51,030 nt of DNA from Neolecta irregularis DAH-3 (GCA_001929475.1 LXFE01000144.1:1-51030); one strand, 5' to 3'. Positions 1 to 11,783 are shown, numbered from the stretch's first letter. The notes: a model not told the origin generated them from the letters alone. Program-made: numbers and translations.

Positions 1-550
1 TCTAATTCGCGATTCCTTATCCTATCTGCTTGGCACGGTTCTGCTTCTGACGTCGGTCCTCTGTTTCTTAAGAGTATCTTCGTACAGGGAGTATGGGGCG
101 TGCTGACGAGTCACCGTATATAAAACGGGGCTTAGCTTAGCTTTTCCTTTTTTTAACTTACAGCATGTACTGGAAGGAAGTATGTTGAGTTCTGCAGGTA
201 TATAGATTAGTCCTCCGCCCCTCTTTCTTTCAATCCACAATCAAAATATATCAAAGATCAAAAGCACAACTCTAAGAACCATATCCGTCGTTACCCTCCC
301 TTCCACCTCAACTGACAATCACTCTACACCCATCCTTTTCCTGACCTTGACCCTAGGGACGGATTCTGAGCGACAAGCTCGTTTTTTGGCCAATTTATAT
401 AGTTCAATATCAAATTCACTAAATAACCGAAATTGCTAATATAAAATGATTTCTTAGTAGGTGAAGTATGCCTCAATACTCGCAAAGTTTCACGTCGAAT
501 CATCTGGATCAACGTGTCACGTGACCAGTAACATTTCTTGCGGGCATAAC

Positions 551-870
551 TTAGAGCGAATGGCAATCAATTCACAGTTGAGCAACCAGCTAACGGATTC
601 AAACGAAACAAGCACTATCAGGATCGGAATTTAAAGGCGAAACTAATGGCCTGCCAACAAATTCAATACAAGAAAGTCAAATGGGGACCTTGGAGGAAGC
701 ATAGGAAGCGCCACATGTAAGTGCTGTATTCAAAACACATCACAGGAAACCGTAATTACTACTGGCGGATGCGCCTCAACGAGGGCTTTCCAACGGTACC
801 AAAATCATTGAGATTGGAGCACTCTCCAGGTGGGTGGTTTGGATCTCTTAGTGAAGGCGGGCGGTATAAG
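551..870 (+). repeat. Dispersed repeat, part A (direct copy of ~50246-50492)
   Basis: gcaatcaattcacagttgagcaacc...tttaaaggcgaaactaat...ctgccaacaaattcaatacaagaaagtcaa...ggtttggatctct..gtgaaggcg recurs with substitutions at 50258-50490. Confidence 0.9.
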
Positions 871-1495
871 TGACGGGAATGGAGAAGTAATGCAGGCGAT
901 GGCACGGGTTATAACACGGCCGCGATGACCACAGCTACCTGTGCCGCTTCATATTTGCAAGCATCGCCCTCCCACTGTTCAACAACCACGAGGACTGCAG
1001 CAGCGGCAACTTTGATCTCGTTGACCTAAAATCGAGACCATCCCCGTCGCCCTCGTGCACCAGACATCGTCTCCCTCACCATTTCAAAAAGCTGTCCCAT
1101 CAGCTGCCCTCAGGTTTACCTTGGAGTGTCCTCGATCATCGGGGGTATTCAGACACCTGAGGAGCCGCTGGGTAGCTTTCAGGGGGCTGAAGATTCTCCT
1201 GTTTGGCCCCACACACAACGGCAAACCCCGGATGAAACCTAGAGGACGCCACAAGCCGTGGGCGTCCTCCCAGTCCGGATCCCCTCGTGGAAAGTGTTCC
1301 ACAGGGACCAGTCAGATGACCGGACGGTGGCGCGGGAGGACGGGTATTCAGGTAGCGCCCAGCGCGATTAGCGCGCTATGCTTAACACTGTGTATTAATA
1401 CCAACGGTTATTACTACTAATAACCCTCGGCAACTATATACGACTTTAAGGCTCAGCGGAGTACAGACCAGACCGGTCAAGTACTCACACAAGCA

Positions 1496-2260
1496 ATGTC
1501 AAGTGACAAAGAAGACAAGAAGATGCCAACGACAAGGGCATCATTAGGGAAAGCAGTAAAGTTGGAAGATGCAGACAAGTCTACAGTATGTACCACTCGC
1601 CAGCTACCAATGTTTTCTGGTGCAGAAGACTGCTCCTTGACAGCGCGAGCATGGCTCAGTGTAGCCAAGCGGATTACCCGTGTGCGACAGAGTCAGGAAT
1701 ATTGTTCAGCTAAAGGACAGCTAGACGATCTAGCCTGTGCATTAACAGGGGATGCATCAATCTGGTTTGACGAGATAGAAGAGAATATCTCTACGGTGAA
1801 CCAGTTTTTTGAAGAATTCTCAGAGGAATTCTTGGACCCAAGCGAGATGTCCATTGTACAAGGCAAATTTGAGGTATTGAGGCAAGGGAATCGTTCAGTT
1901 GCTGAATATTCATCTGAATTTCAAGCACTCTGGAAGAAACTTGACCGGAGCCTCTACCCTGAAGTTATTATGGCCCGCAAATTCTGCCTCGGTTTACGAG
2001 CAAATGTCCAGATGACATTTACAGCTGCGATCCCTGAGTTGACCAGTGTTCGCAAGGCTATCAACATAGCACTAGTAGGAGAAGCAGCCCTGAATCTTCA
2101 AGCTCGAGAATCTATGAATTTGGCCCTAAGCACTGGTACATCAACTGAATCCAGTGAGAAGACTAAGCAACACTTGTACAAGGAGTGCTACCAGTGTGGA
2201 ACTCAAGGCCATTTCGCGCGTGACTGTATAAAGGGTCCAAAGAAGGGAGCAAACAATGCC
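1496..2260 (+). mobile_element. gag: LTR-retrotransposon gag (capsid + CCHC zinc knuckle) with no following protease/pol
   Basis: Retrotrans_gag-like motifs and CX2CX4HX4C; no pol sequence downstream. Confidence 0.9.
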
Positions 2261-3097
2261 CATATTTTTCGTTTGTTAATTATCCACTTGTTCTCACTGG
2301 TTCCCTTCGTCTTCTTTGCTCTCGCCCTTGCGACTCTCGTACCTGCTAAAAGTGGTAACAGTGGTACCTCAGGCCCACAATGGTTTAGTACATCCTAAAC
2401 ACCGTTCACATCCTGATAACCAGATTTTGCGACTATGAAATCGGGCGATATAAATGTTCATCAGTTGTCATTGTCTTCTTCTGGCACCGATCTCTTTCTC
2501 TCCAAGAACCCGCCGGACCTGCTTAAGCTTACTCTGGACGACTCTGGCTCCCTCGTCGATCCAGACATACGTATTGTGTCGGTAGATCCTGTTACTGGCC
2601 GTTGTTCGATTTCAAGTACACCTGAAAAAACAAATATCGCTGGTGTGTTCTCATTTGATTTTCCAAGATTGGAACTATCGTCGGGCGGTTCTACTTGCAG
2701 CTTTCTGGCTCGCCCGGATGGGGGGAGCGTTACATATCTCCTTTACGCTACAGGTGGAAAAGAAAAAACGCCCCCTACCGCATCTTCAGGTCATGCGAGT
2801 TCTACCCTTCCTAGCTCGAACCTCTCCAGCACCTTGGATTCATCGTCTATGAATGCGGACAGCTCTCTTGCCAATGGAACGGTCATTTCTCCATCTAATA
2901 CCGTCTCTCCCTCTGGAGAGTCCATTGATTCGTCGTTCAATAAAACAAATGGCACAAACGCGGGACCGCTTTGCACTTCAAATACCGGAACATCGAATGC
3001 CACTACTGGCAAGCCTAGTTCTTCCACAAAGAATGGTAGAGCAGAAGTATTGGCCGGGATCGTGGGCCTTGTTGCTTTTATGGCTATTCTGCCTTGA
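1496..3097 (+). CDS. Predicted chimeric gene: Ty3/gypsy-type Gag fused in frame to a GPI-type cell-wall protein; exons 1496-2387 and 2424-3097 (521 aa)
   Basis: Retrotransposon gag motifs (LTGDASIWF, LRQGNRSVAEYSSEF, KFCLGL) and knuckle CYQCGTQGHFARDC; hydrophobic LVPFVFFALALATLVPA; intron gtacat..ctgataaccag 2388-2423 restores frame (W-F-N-F-A-T-M-K); Ser/Thr-rich region; C-terminal SSTKNGRAEVLAGIVGLVAFMAILP. Confidence 0.65.
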
Positions 3098-3385
3098 TAA
3101 AAAAGGGTTTCACCAGTCAGTCTTTTGCAATTCTCTTACAAGTGCTCATTTTAAAGTACTCGGATTCATTTAATCATTGATTTCCGATCTTTCTGTCGAC
3201 CGGGAAATTCCTGGTTTTGAAGGACATTTTGTCGAGATCCGTTTGTATATATCCCTATTGTGGAAGTGATCTTCTGACCCTATTTACAAATTCAACAGCC
3301 AGTTGAGAACCTATAATTCTTCATAATCATGAGTACGCAGATTTCTTCATAACATGAACTGTCCTTCAAGTACCTAGTGAGCTGG

Positions 3386-3562
3386 TCTAAGCATATACCC
3401 TGGGTTATAGCTTGCCATTACGGAAGGAAGGCTTGCAATAATATTGCGACATTTTAAAATTGTATTATATAAAGGAGATAGGCGTTCATTATTTAACCAA
3501 TCTCAGTCACCTAGGCAAGTGTAAATAAACCTAGTCTTATTCCTCGAGCCTCAAGACTTACA
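3386..3562 (+). mobile_element. Solo LTR (177 bp), TGTAAG..CTTACA family
   Basis: Ends tctaag (degenerate tgtaag)...cttaca; 5-bp TSD GCTGG at 3381-3385 and 3563-3567; internal tatataaagg; homologous to the reverse complement of 46324-46538. Confidence 0.85.
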
Positions 3563-4055
3563 GCTGGCATTCTAAAATAATGCAGTGCTGCAATTCGAGA
3601 AGGCGATGGGTAGTTCAAGTTCCATGAAACTCTTGGTTTGTGACAACGTTATCCTTGAAAACACGTGGTTGGTTAGGCTACGTGATCGCATGTTGGATCA
3701 TGTCGAGGCTACGTGATGATGGAGGGTACCTGATTAATGTCTAAGCCACGTTCATGATGGAGGCAATAACAATGGGAGCAAGGGGAATATCTGGAAAGAT
3801 GATGGAAGAAATAACGGTTAACGTTTGGCGGTTAATCTGTCACAGGCAATACATTGCAGTCTGCGGATATCTCCCCAATCGCACCATGCGCCTTTCCTTT
3901 TTGTGAGGATTCTCTGCTTTAACTAAAGCCAGAAGAAAGGGACTGGACCCGTCAATCTGTCTAAAATAGTGCCGAACTGTAGCTTCTCAATGATGATTCC
4001 TTATTAAGCCATCTGAGCCTCTCCTGCTGTCAAGCTACCCACTCCTGCCTGCGAA

Positions 4056-4822
4056 ATGTTGGCTTTCGTCGCCCTTGTCCTTGTCGTCGCAGCCTTTGTA
4101 TCTGCTCAAAGTAATGCCATTGGGGAGTTCTCAGATTCAAGATCAATCAGTATGTCTTCTATACCTAGTCCACATGTTGATATCCAGGCTTTGTCAACAT
4201 TCGTCCAGGAACTAAGCTGAATTCCGCTCAATTGAGCCTTTGGGAGACGAATATTGTCATCAGCCGGAATTCTGGCAGCAATCTGAAGTTCACTCTTCTC
4301 GACGCGGGCAGCCGCATCAACCAAGAAGGACATAACCTATGGGTAGATCCAGCCTCTGGTATTTGTTCTATTGCGACCATCACTCCTGGGACCTCTGCGG
4401 TCGTTGGCAAATTCTCTCTCGATGATGGAGGATATTTGGCACTGTCATCGGATAATGAGCAATACGGTTTCCATGCTTGTCCAGATGCGAACAACAATTA
4501 CCTTCTTTACGCATTTCCCCTCTCTTCGGCTGTGATTCCGCAAAAGTGTTTCCCACTTAGCTTGATAGATACATCCCGAATGATAAACCAATCAGGTTCT
4601 CAAAACAGTGTTTCAAGTAATGCTGGTGGTAGTGGTAGCTCTGGCCCAAGCGACTTTAAATCCCTCAGTCCGGTCAGCTCATCGTTTAGTAAAGTAAATA
4701 CGACCTTCGCCAGTAAAAAGAACAACAGTAGTCCTAAGGAACCTAATTCCTCAACAAAAAATGGTAGAGCCAATGTGTTGGCAGGGGTCATGGGTCTTGT
4801 TGGCTTTTTTGCCTTGATGTAA
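4056..4822 (+). CDS. Secreted GPI-type cell-wall protein (PhiA/Cwp1-like), tandem paralog of the 2297-3097 moiety; exons 4056-4149 and 4188-4822 (242 aa)
   Basis: Signal peptide MLAFVALVLVVAAFVSA; intron gtatgt..ccag 4150-4187; GKFSLDDGGYLALS..GFHACP..YLLY motif; Ser-rich linker; C-terminal SSTKNGRANVLAGVMGLVGFFALM. Confidence 0.85.
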
Positions 4823-5586
4823 AGGGTTTTTGCTTACCAATTCTGCAATATTCAAGGGAAATAAAATGCCGATGTAGTGCTTCCATAATTTGTCATTTAT
4901 CAATATACTTCATTAGATAAGATTGGACCATATAACAAATATATCAAGGGAGTGCGGATGGATACCTGAAGTCAGAAAATGATCCATTAACCGCGATAAC
5001 AAACAAGTTCGAAAGCTCTGCAGATTCCACATCTGGATCCTCTAGTTATGTATAATTCGTTCTAGAAAAGTGAAAACAAAGGATCGCCCCAGTGCGCTGT
5101 GAATATTGGGCATGCAACAATAATCTATTTCTATATCTATTGAGGCGGCACTGTGAAAGTGTTCGTGCTGTCATAAAGCTTCTCTAATAGTTGTATGATG
5201 TTGCTCTCAAATGGTATGAGCAAATAGCGTCATATTTACCTTTATCTATATTGATAAGAGAGAGCAGGATTGCAAAGCAGCGTGTGGCAAGACTTACTTT
5301 CATCTAATAAAAACAGGGTGGAGAGGTTTACTCGCTTTAGTAATGTGCTACTGTAGGCGATTTTAGCGACCCCACTCGAATGTAGAGATTAATTTGTAAC
5401 ATGCAAGTTGTTGCTGAAGAGTTTTCGGGATTACCACACCCAGTGAACTTCACATTTGTATACAACTGAGAGGAATATATCTATAGATAGCAGCTAGATG
5501 TATTGACTTTGAACAAAAATCTACTAGAGAAAATGGCCTTGAAATATTAGACATCGAACCTACCGACTCACATTGCATCGACAATC

Positions 5587-7338
5587 ATGCCCATGCTACT
5601 GAATCCACGCGAAAAATATGCTCCTTTCCAACCTTTGGAGCTCCCGACGCGCCAATGGCCATCAAAAACGCTGAAGAAGCCCCCAAGGTGGCTAAGCACA
5701 GATCTAAGGGACGGGAATCAAAGCTTGGTAGACCCAATGTCTGCGCAACAGAAACTTCAGTACTTTCGTACCTTGGTCTCAATCGGGTTTAAAGAAATTG
5801 AAATCGCATTCCCTAGCGCTTCCAGCATTGAATTCGATTTCGTTCGTGGGTTAATTCAAAATGGCGAAATTCCCGATGATGTTACAATTCAAGTTCTTAC
5901 GCCTTGCCGTGAAGATTTGATCCGCAAAACCATCGAATCGGTCCATGGGGCAAAGAAGGCAATCATTCATTTGTATAATGCTACAAGCCCTTGCTTCCGA
6001 CGAATCGTATTCGGTGCTTCGAAAGAAGCAACTGTGGAACTCGCCTTAACATCCACCAAACTTATTCGCCAGTTGACCAAAGACTCGGATTCCAAAACGC
6101 ACTGGACGTTTGAATACTCCCCGGAGACATTCTCCGCAACAGAGCCAGATTTTGCTATTGAAATTTGTTCCAAGGTACTAGAAGCATGGGATCCATCAGA
6201 ATCCAATGCAATCATTTTTAACCTTCCGGCAACGGTTGAAATGTCGACTCCAAATGTTTACGCAGACCAAATTGAGTTCTTCCACACTCGTATTCCCCGA
6301 CGAGCTGAAGTTTGCATATCTCTACATGCACACAATGATAGAGGATGTGCTGTAGCAGCATCCGAAATGGGCCAACTCGCGGGCGCAGATCGAATCGAAG
6401 GATGTCTCTTTGGAAACGGAGAACGTACAGGAAACGTAGACCTCGTTACTCTCGCCTTAAATCTGTACACCCAAGGTGTCTCACCAAATCTCGACTTCTC
6501 TCGACTCCATGAGATAAAACGCATTTGCGAATCTTGTAACGAAATCCAAGTGCACCCTCGCCACCCTTATTCTGGGGAACTTGTGTTCACCGCGTTCTCT
6601 GGATCTCATCAGGATGCGATTAAGAAGGGCTTTGAAAAACGCAAGGAAGGAGATATATGGGAGATGCCTTACCTTGCCATTGATCCCAAGGATATTGGCG
6701 CATCGTATGAAGCGGTCATCCGTGTAAACAGTCAATCTGGAAAGGGCGGAATCAGTTGGATTATTCTTCAAACGCTACATCTCGATCTTCCACGACGCCT
6801 TCAAATCGCTTTTTCCAAGGTCGTGCAACGGTCTGCAGAAACGTTGTCACGGGAACTTTCTGGGAAAGAAATCCGCGGATTGTTCCAGCGGGAATATTAC
6901 TTTGATGAAAAGATCAAACTGAAGAGTTATTCCTTCACTGAAGAAAATGAGAAGAAGAACATCAAAGCAGTCATTGAGAGAAAGGAAGAGTTGGTTGAGT
7001 TGGCGGGACAAGGAAATGGTGCGCTTTCTTCGCTTGTCGATGCTTTAAATCGACATTTCGATCTTCATCTTGATATCCGAGAGTATAGTGAGCATTCCAT
7101 CGGAGCTGGCAGTGGAGTCAAAGCTGCTTCGTACGTTGAACTAGTCAATGGTGACGATATACATTGGGGAGTCGGTCTGGATCCTGATATCGTTGGAGCT
7201 TCTCTTCGAGCTGTCATCAGTGCTTTTTCCGCCATTATTGGGGAACCCCTTGCAGATTTAAATCTCTCTTCTAACCGTGTCAGTGGACATGCCAAAAAGA
7301 TCCCAGGTAAAGCTGAGGAAGTCATTGCTATGGCATAG
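5587..7338 (+). CDS. LEU4: 2-isopropylmalate synthase (intronless, 583 aa)
   Basis: PRWLSTDLRDGNQSL, FEYSPETFS, NLPATVEM, SLHAHNDRGC, GNGERTGNVD, FSGSHQDAIKKG; C-terminal regulatory domain. Confidence 0.97.
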   Translation: MPMLLNPREKYAPFQPLELPTRQWPSKTLKKPPRWLSTDLRDGNQSLVDPMSAQQKLQYFRTLVSIGFKEIEIAFPSASSIEFDFVRGLIQNGEIPDDVTIQVLTPCREDLIRKTIESVHGAKKAIIHLYNATSPCFRRIVFGASKEATVELALTSTKLIRQLTKDSDSKTHWTFEYSPETFSATEPDFAIEICSKVLEAWDPSESNAIIFNLPATVEMSTPNVYADQIEFFHTRIPRRAEVCISLHAHNDRGCAVAASEMGQLAGADRIEGCLFGNGERTGNVDLVTLALNLYTQGVSPNLDFSRLHEIKRICESCNEIQVHPRHPYSGELVFTAFSGSHQDAIKKGFEKRKEGDIWEMPYLAIDPKDIGASYEAVIRVNSQSGKGGISWIILQTLHLDLPRRLQIAFSKVVQRSAETLSRELSGKEIRGLFQREYYFDEKIKLKSYSFTEENEKKNIKAVIERKEELVELAGQGNGALSSLVDALNRHFDLHLDIREYSEHSIGAGSGVKAASYVELVNGDDIHWGVGLDPDIVGASLRAVISAFSAIIGEPLADLNLSSNRVSGHAKKIPGKAEEVIAMA

Positions 7339-7646
7339 GATGACCGGATTGATTCTTTTTGGAGGTTCCATTCGCGTCACAGCTGAGTTGTCACTTTGTC
7401 CCAAACATATAATAAATATGGGATGCATATCATTTCACCCGGATTCTCGAATCACATCTTTTGCGCTTTTGCTGCAGTGTATTTATAAGCTCATCAGCAT
7501 ATTTCAATATTTGGCAAATTTTCGTCAGGTTTCTGCATCAGCTGAAGTTGTCCTCGCCTATTTCGAGAACAAAAGAACAAAAGAAAAGGGGATTTAAGCT
7601 TGTCGCGAGTAACATGGTAAACACGTTTCTTCATTTTGGCAGTTAC

Positions 7647-8162
7647 AGCGGCAAACATCCCCCTTCCTCTGCCACTATTCCAACCCATCTCCAACAGTTA
7701 CCCCCTTTTGCTCCTCCAGAACTCCTATCACTATCCCATATCGTCATATCAATTATCTTCAGTTACCTTGCACGGCATTCGCAAAACAACAACGTGTTTC
7801 TGCGTTTAACCTTAAGAACTAAGTCCTTGGATCGGCCCGGCCAGCCATAGGTCTCTGGCATAGGGAAATGTGGCCAGTTGTCTCACTGGGTTAGCTAAGA
7901 AAAGTTACTTTCTCAGTTTTGTTTTTCCGAGCTACCTGATATAGCGTGTGTTCTGCAGATAAGATAAAGGGGCTACATAGGTTTCTTTTCCCCAGGCGAG
8001 GACACTGTCTGAATAGCAAGTCAAGTCTTTTTCTTTGATACCTTGATTGCCTGTTACAAGACCCTGCCCTCACACAACAATTCAAATTTGTCATACCAAG
8101 AATCCCAATACTCATGAGCAATTGAAACTCATTGTGAATCCCGATTAGAACCTGTGTGCTAA
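7647..8162 (+). repeat. Dispersed repeat, part B (inverted copy of ~49671-50248)
   Basis: caacagttacccc..cccatatcgtca..gtgttctgcagataagataaaggggct..aggcgaggacactgtctgaatagcaagtcaa..ctgtgtgctaa matches the reverse complement of 49671-50185. Confidence 0.9.
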
Positions 8163-8339
8163 TTTAATTGGGATTCCAGCCTAATTTCCTGTAATTTGGG
8201 TTTAGTTTTTAATCTAAATATATACATTGAGGGGATACAACCCCGGATATGAAATAGCAGGAAATCCGGTGACATGTTTCGTCCAGATGCCAAGAGCTTG
8301 CTACGTAATGAGCCTCTTCAATAGCCCAGAGAGCGCAGT

Positions 8340-10194
8340 CTACCAATAGTGTTTGATTGGATCCAATGGCTCAACTTCTCTTACCAATCCAAATCCAGCA
8401 TGCCGTCTCCCCGACCCTGGCTCTCTCATCGCTCCATATTTGATTCTCGTGCGTCTGAATCCTGAAGGCAATAATCTTCCACCTAGACACGCACCGATAG
8501 CAACCTTATCAATGCTTGAATTCCGTGTTGTAGCGACAATCTGTCGAAACGAAATTTCAGAAGGAACGCCGTTTGACAAGAGGGCTCTCATGCCAATTGC
8601 CGCACATGCTATGGCCGCCGAAACTGCTATTGTGAAGGGTAATATCAAACGCCAAGAGGTATAACTGTATGTCGGGGCGACAGATTCGATGGTTACTGGT
8701 ACGACTTTGCTCTCCGTGTTCCATGATATCAAACTTATTGTGATATTCTGCAGTAATTGTTCCAGTCCATTTGCAAAGTCAACGTCAGAATCCAAAAGAG
8801 CCGTCTGAGCGATCATGGTATCATGAGTTTCGCTCGATTTGGAGTCACGTTTCGCATTACCAAGTGTTTGGGATTCGGATTCACTGAATGTATTTAATGA
8901 TCCAGAGAGAACGTAATCTATCGTCGAAAGAAGAGTTGCTTGATTAACAGATTTCCAGTCGTTTTGATTTAGTGACTTGATTTTCGTTGAATTCAATGAA
9001 TTTGGGTTATAATTAAATAGCCTTCGAGCAGTAAACGACATCACATTGACTGATGGAAAGTTTAGTTGATAGGAAACATTGAGCATATAGACCCCTTCAA
9101 AGAAATGACAGGTTGTATACTTCATCTCTGGTGAGTCAGGCGAAGAAGAAAACCAGGCCTCAAAGGTTGTAGAAGGATTTACCCTCTGGTCGATGACATT
9201 TGTCCGTCCGAGATATGTATGGTGTTGCAATATTGCGGGACGTGCAACATTTTCTGTCCAACACTTTGATGAAACACCTTCCAAAGGTAACGCATAAGAG
9301 CAATTGGATCCACAAGGAGATGACCAGGTTTTAATTTCGCCTCCGAACGCGACGGTATAAACAGTTCGGAGCAACCGGTCTGATATACCATTCCAAGTGC
9401 CAATCGTCAAATCGTTCTGACCACCCTGCCCTTGTGGTTGAACCGTAAAAAACAAACCCAGATCTTGACCCCAGTCAAGGGAGGGAACAGGTACATCATT
9501 TATGTTATTCTGAACGACATTCTGGACCGACAAACACCCTGGTGCGAAAATTGAGGATAGTGGAAGGAGCCATGTGATCAGAGTGATCAGGAACGGAATG
9601 GTTAATCGACCAAGTATGTCTCTATTGAAGACCGCGATGGGCGAATGAATCATTCCGAATGCCATAGATATTGTATCAATTGAATATGCTCTCATTCGAA
9701 CTTCATGCCATATTCTTTGTTCGTACGAACATATTATCGACGCCATCTAACTTGTCAGCAAACAGTCAAGTGACAAGATCTTACAAGTAATGAACGCACG
9801 ATATACGCAGCTTGAGTAACTACGTAATTGATAGCAGACTGAGATATCGTGATAGAATGATTAGAAAAATGGACTGAAGAGCGCCCGACGACCGTCCCAT
9901 TAACAAACGTGCAAAAGAAATGATAACCAAGAACGAACAATATTGCTAGACATGAGTAAAAGAGACTTTGGGCCAGGGATGGTACATACCGCCGAGAATA
10001 AATCCCGTCATCATCCACATTTTGTGCCAGCCGACTTCCCAAAGCGCAGGTGGTCGACCTTCTTCATCCGAGCTTTCTTCAACGATCAGACTTTCGAGCG
10101 ATCTGATGAATGTATTTTGTTCAAAAGCGACACTTTGTTCTGCTACGGTACTTCCTAGATCTTTTGTAGCAACTCTCTTACTCGCGCTGGCCAT
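8340..10194 (-). CDS. Fungal multi-pass membrane protein of unknown function (resembles the family often labelled 'formylmethionine deformylase-like'); introns 9946-9989 and 9747-9784
   Basis: Three exons join in frame via GT-AG introns; N-terminal TM helices, YEQRIW..IDTI, PCGSNCSY, LEQLLQNITISL, C-terminal TM followed by SFRQIVATTRN. Confidence 0.75.
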
Positions 10195-10441
10195 TTAAAA
10201 TCGTACCAAGAATATCTCACAGAACTAAAAGTTGGAGATAAAAGCAGGGATACGAAGCATTGAAAAAGAAATGAATGGGCCATTGATAATATTGGCGGAG
10301 CTAGTTGATAACTAGATAAACCATTTCACTAAAAAAAACCCATTATCGGTAATTTTCGGATGCGAGAAAGGCGGGGTCAAAACGCTACTCCTGCCAAAGT
10401 CTGGTTAGAAGCTCGGCTCACGACCACCATCTTGATTCCAA

Positions 10442-11783
10442 ATGAACCAAGCGACTTCTTTAAGCATTCTCTCGCTGAATGTCTGGTATTGTAAAATAAA
10501 TTGCTATTGCCAACTTTCAGGGGCCTCAAATATATTTCATCCCATCGTCTTTCGCGGATTAAAGCAATTGCTCATTCCATTCGATCTTCGACCTACGATG
10601 TCTTACTTCTTCAAGAATTATGGGTTCTTTCCGACTATACCTACCTACAAACCCAAATCTCCCATCTTTTCCCATACTCACATCATTACGCGTCTGGTCT
10701 ATTCGGATCGGGATTGGCAATCTTTAGCCGTTTTGAGATTGTCGATACTGAATTTACAGAGTATAAACTTAATGGGCACCCGCTTGCCGTTTGGAGAGGG
10801 GATTGGTATGTCGGCAAGGGAATCGCCTGGGCCGAAATCCTTGTTTCTGGCCGGAGAATTGAAGTGTTCAACACTCACGTACCTTTTCCCTACTGCAATT
10901 TCTCAGCTGAGATAAAAGTATCATGCCCCATATGGACAACAAATGGATACATACATGGTCCATCGATTAAGTCAAGCGTATCAACTACGTCGTCAAATCA
11001 GAAAAGCACTCGCTCGCAATAGTCTTGTAATTTGTGTATTTACCACCCCGCTTATTTCGAATTCTAAAACTTCAGGCCGGCGATTTCAATTCGTCTCCGT
11101 TATCGCTTTGCCACATGTTAATCCACTCTATTCTCGCCGATTCTTTTATTACCAAAAACCCAGATTTACCAGTCCACCCGCAACCAGAAATGACAAACGA
11201 ATATCTTGTGCAAGTAATGGGAATCACTTGCGACACCCCCCTCAATTCCTACCGAAGACACATATCAACCCACGACCGTCAACTTCGTTACGATCATTTG
11301 TATACAAACATGGTACCTACATCCCACAAAGTCGTTTTCACACAAAACGTAAATATGGCGGAATTTTCTGGGAAACAAGCTATTGGGAGTGTTTCAGATC
11401 ATTTCGGAATTAATGTCGACTTGTTGCCTAATCTCAATACATCTTCTTCGTCTCCTGATATCACTCAATCCAGTTTTACAGATATCCTGGCTCTATTGAA
11501 TAAACACCTCCGTCGCGAACGTCGTCATTCACGGTTCCGTATCGCGCACTTTTGGGTATCACTGGTCATTGGAATATCCCTAACCATTTCTTTATTCTGG
11601 ACAAAATTCGGTTGGAAATCATTTTTACTCTCTTTTGTGAGTAATCTGGTTTTTGTGTTTGGAGTGATTGATGGGATTGTCGGATTTATTTGGGGGAGGT
11701 GGGAAATTAATTCTATGATGGAATTTAAATCTGAGATTGAACGAGAAGTTATCCGAGACTCTGATCACCACCGATTATCATAA
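10442..11783 (+). CDS. ISC1: Inositol phosphosphingolipid phospholipase C / neutral sphingomyelinase (3 introns)
   Basis: LSLNVW|GLKYIS, LQELW, GSGLAIFSR, GDWYVGKG, NTH|YHAPY, GDFN, SDHFG, two C-terminal TM helices. Confidence 0.93.

Noticed and set aside
1-375. Possible LTR pieces (tatataaaa at ~117, cttaca at 157-162, TATA plus pyrimidine tract 198-375)
   Set aside because: No matching 5' end or TSD visible in the window and no clear homology to the other LTRs
1278-1300. cccctcgtgg looks like an HDV-like ribozyme L3 loop
   Set aside because: P1, P2 and P3 pairings could not be completed
1415-1428. taaccct as a telomerase RNA template
   Set aside because: Incomplete template, part of a local hairpin, no other telomerase RNA elements seen
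2435-3097. Stand-alone 220-aa ORF starting at ATG2435
   Set aside because: It would lack the signal peptide; the paralog shows it is exon 2
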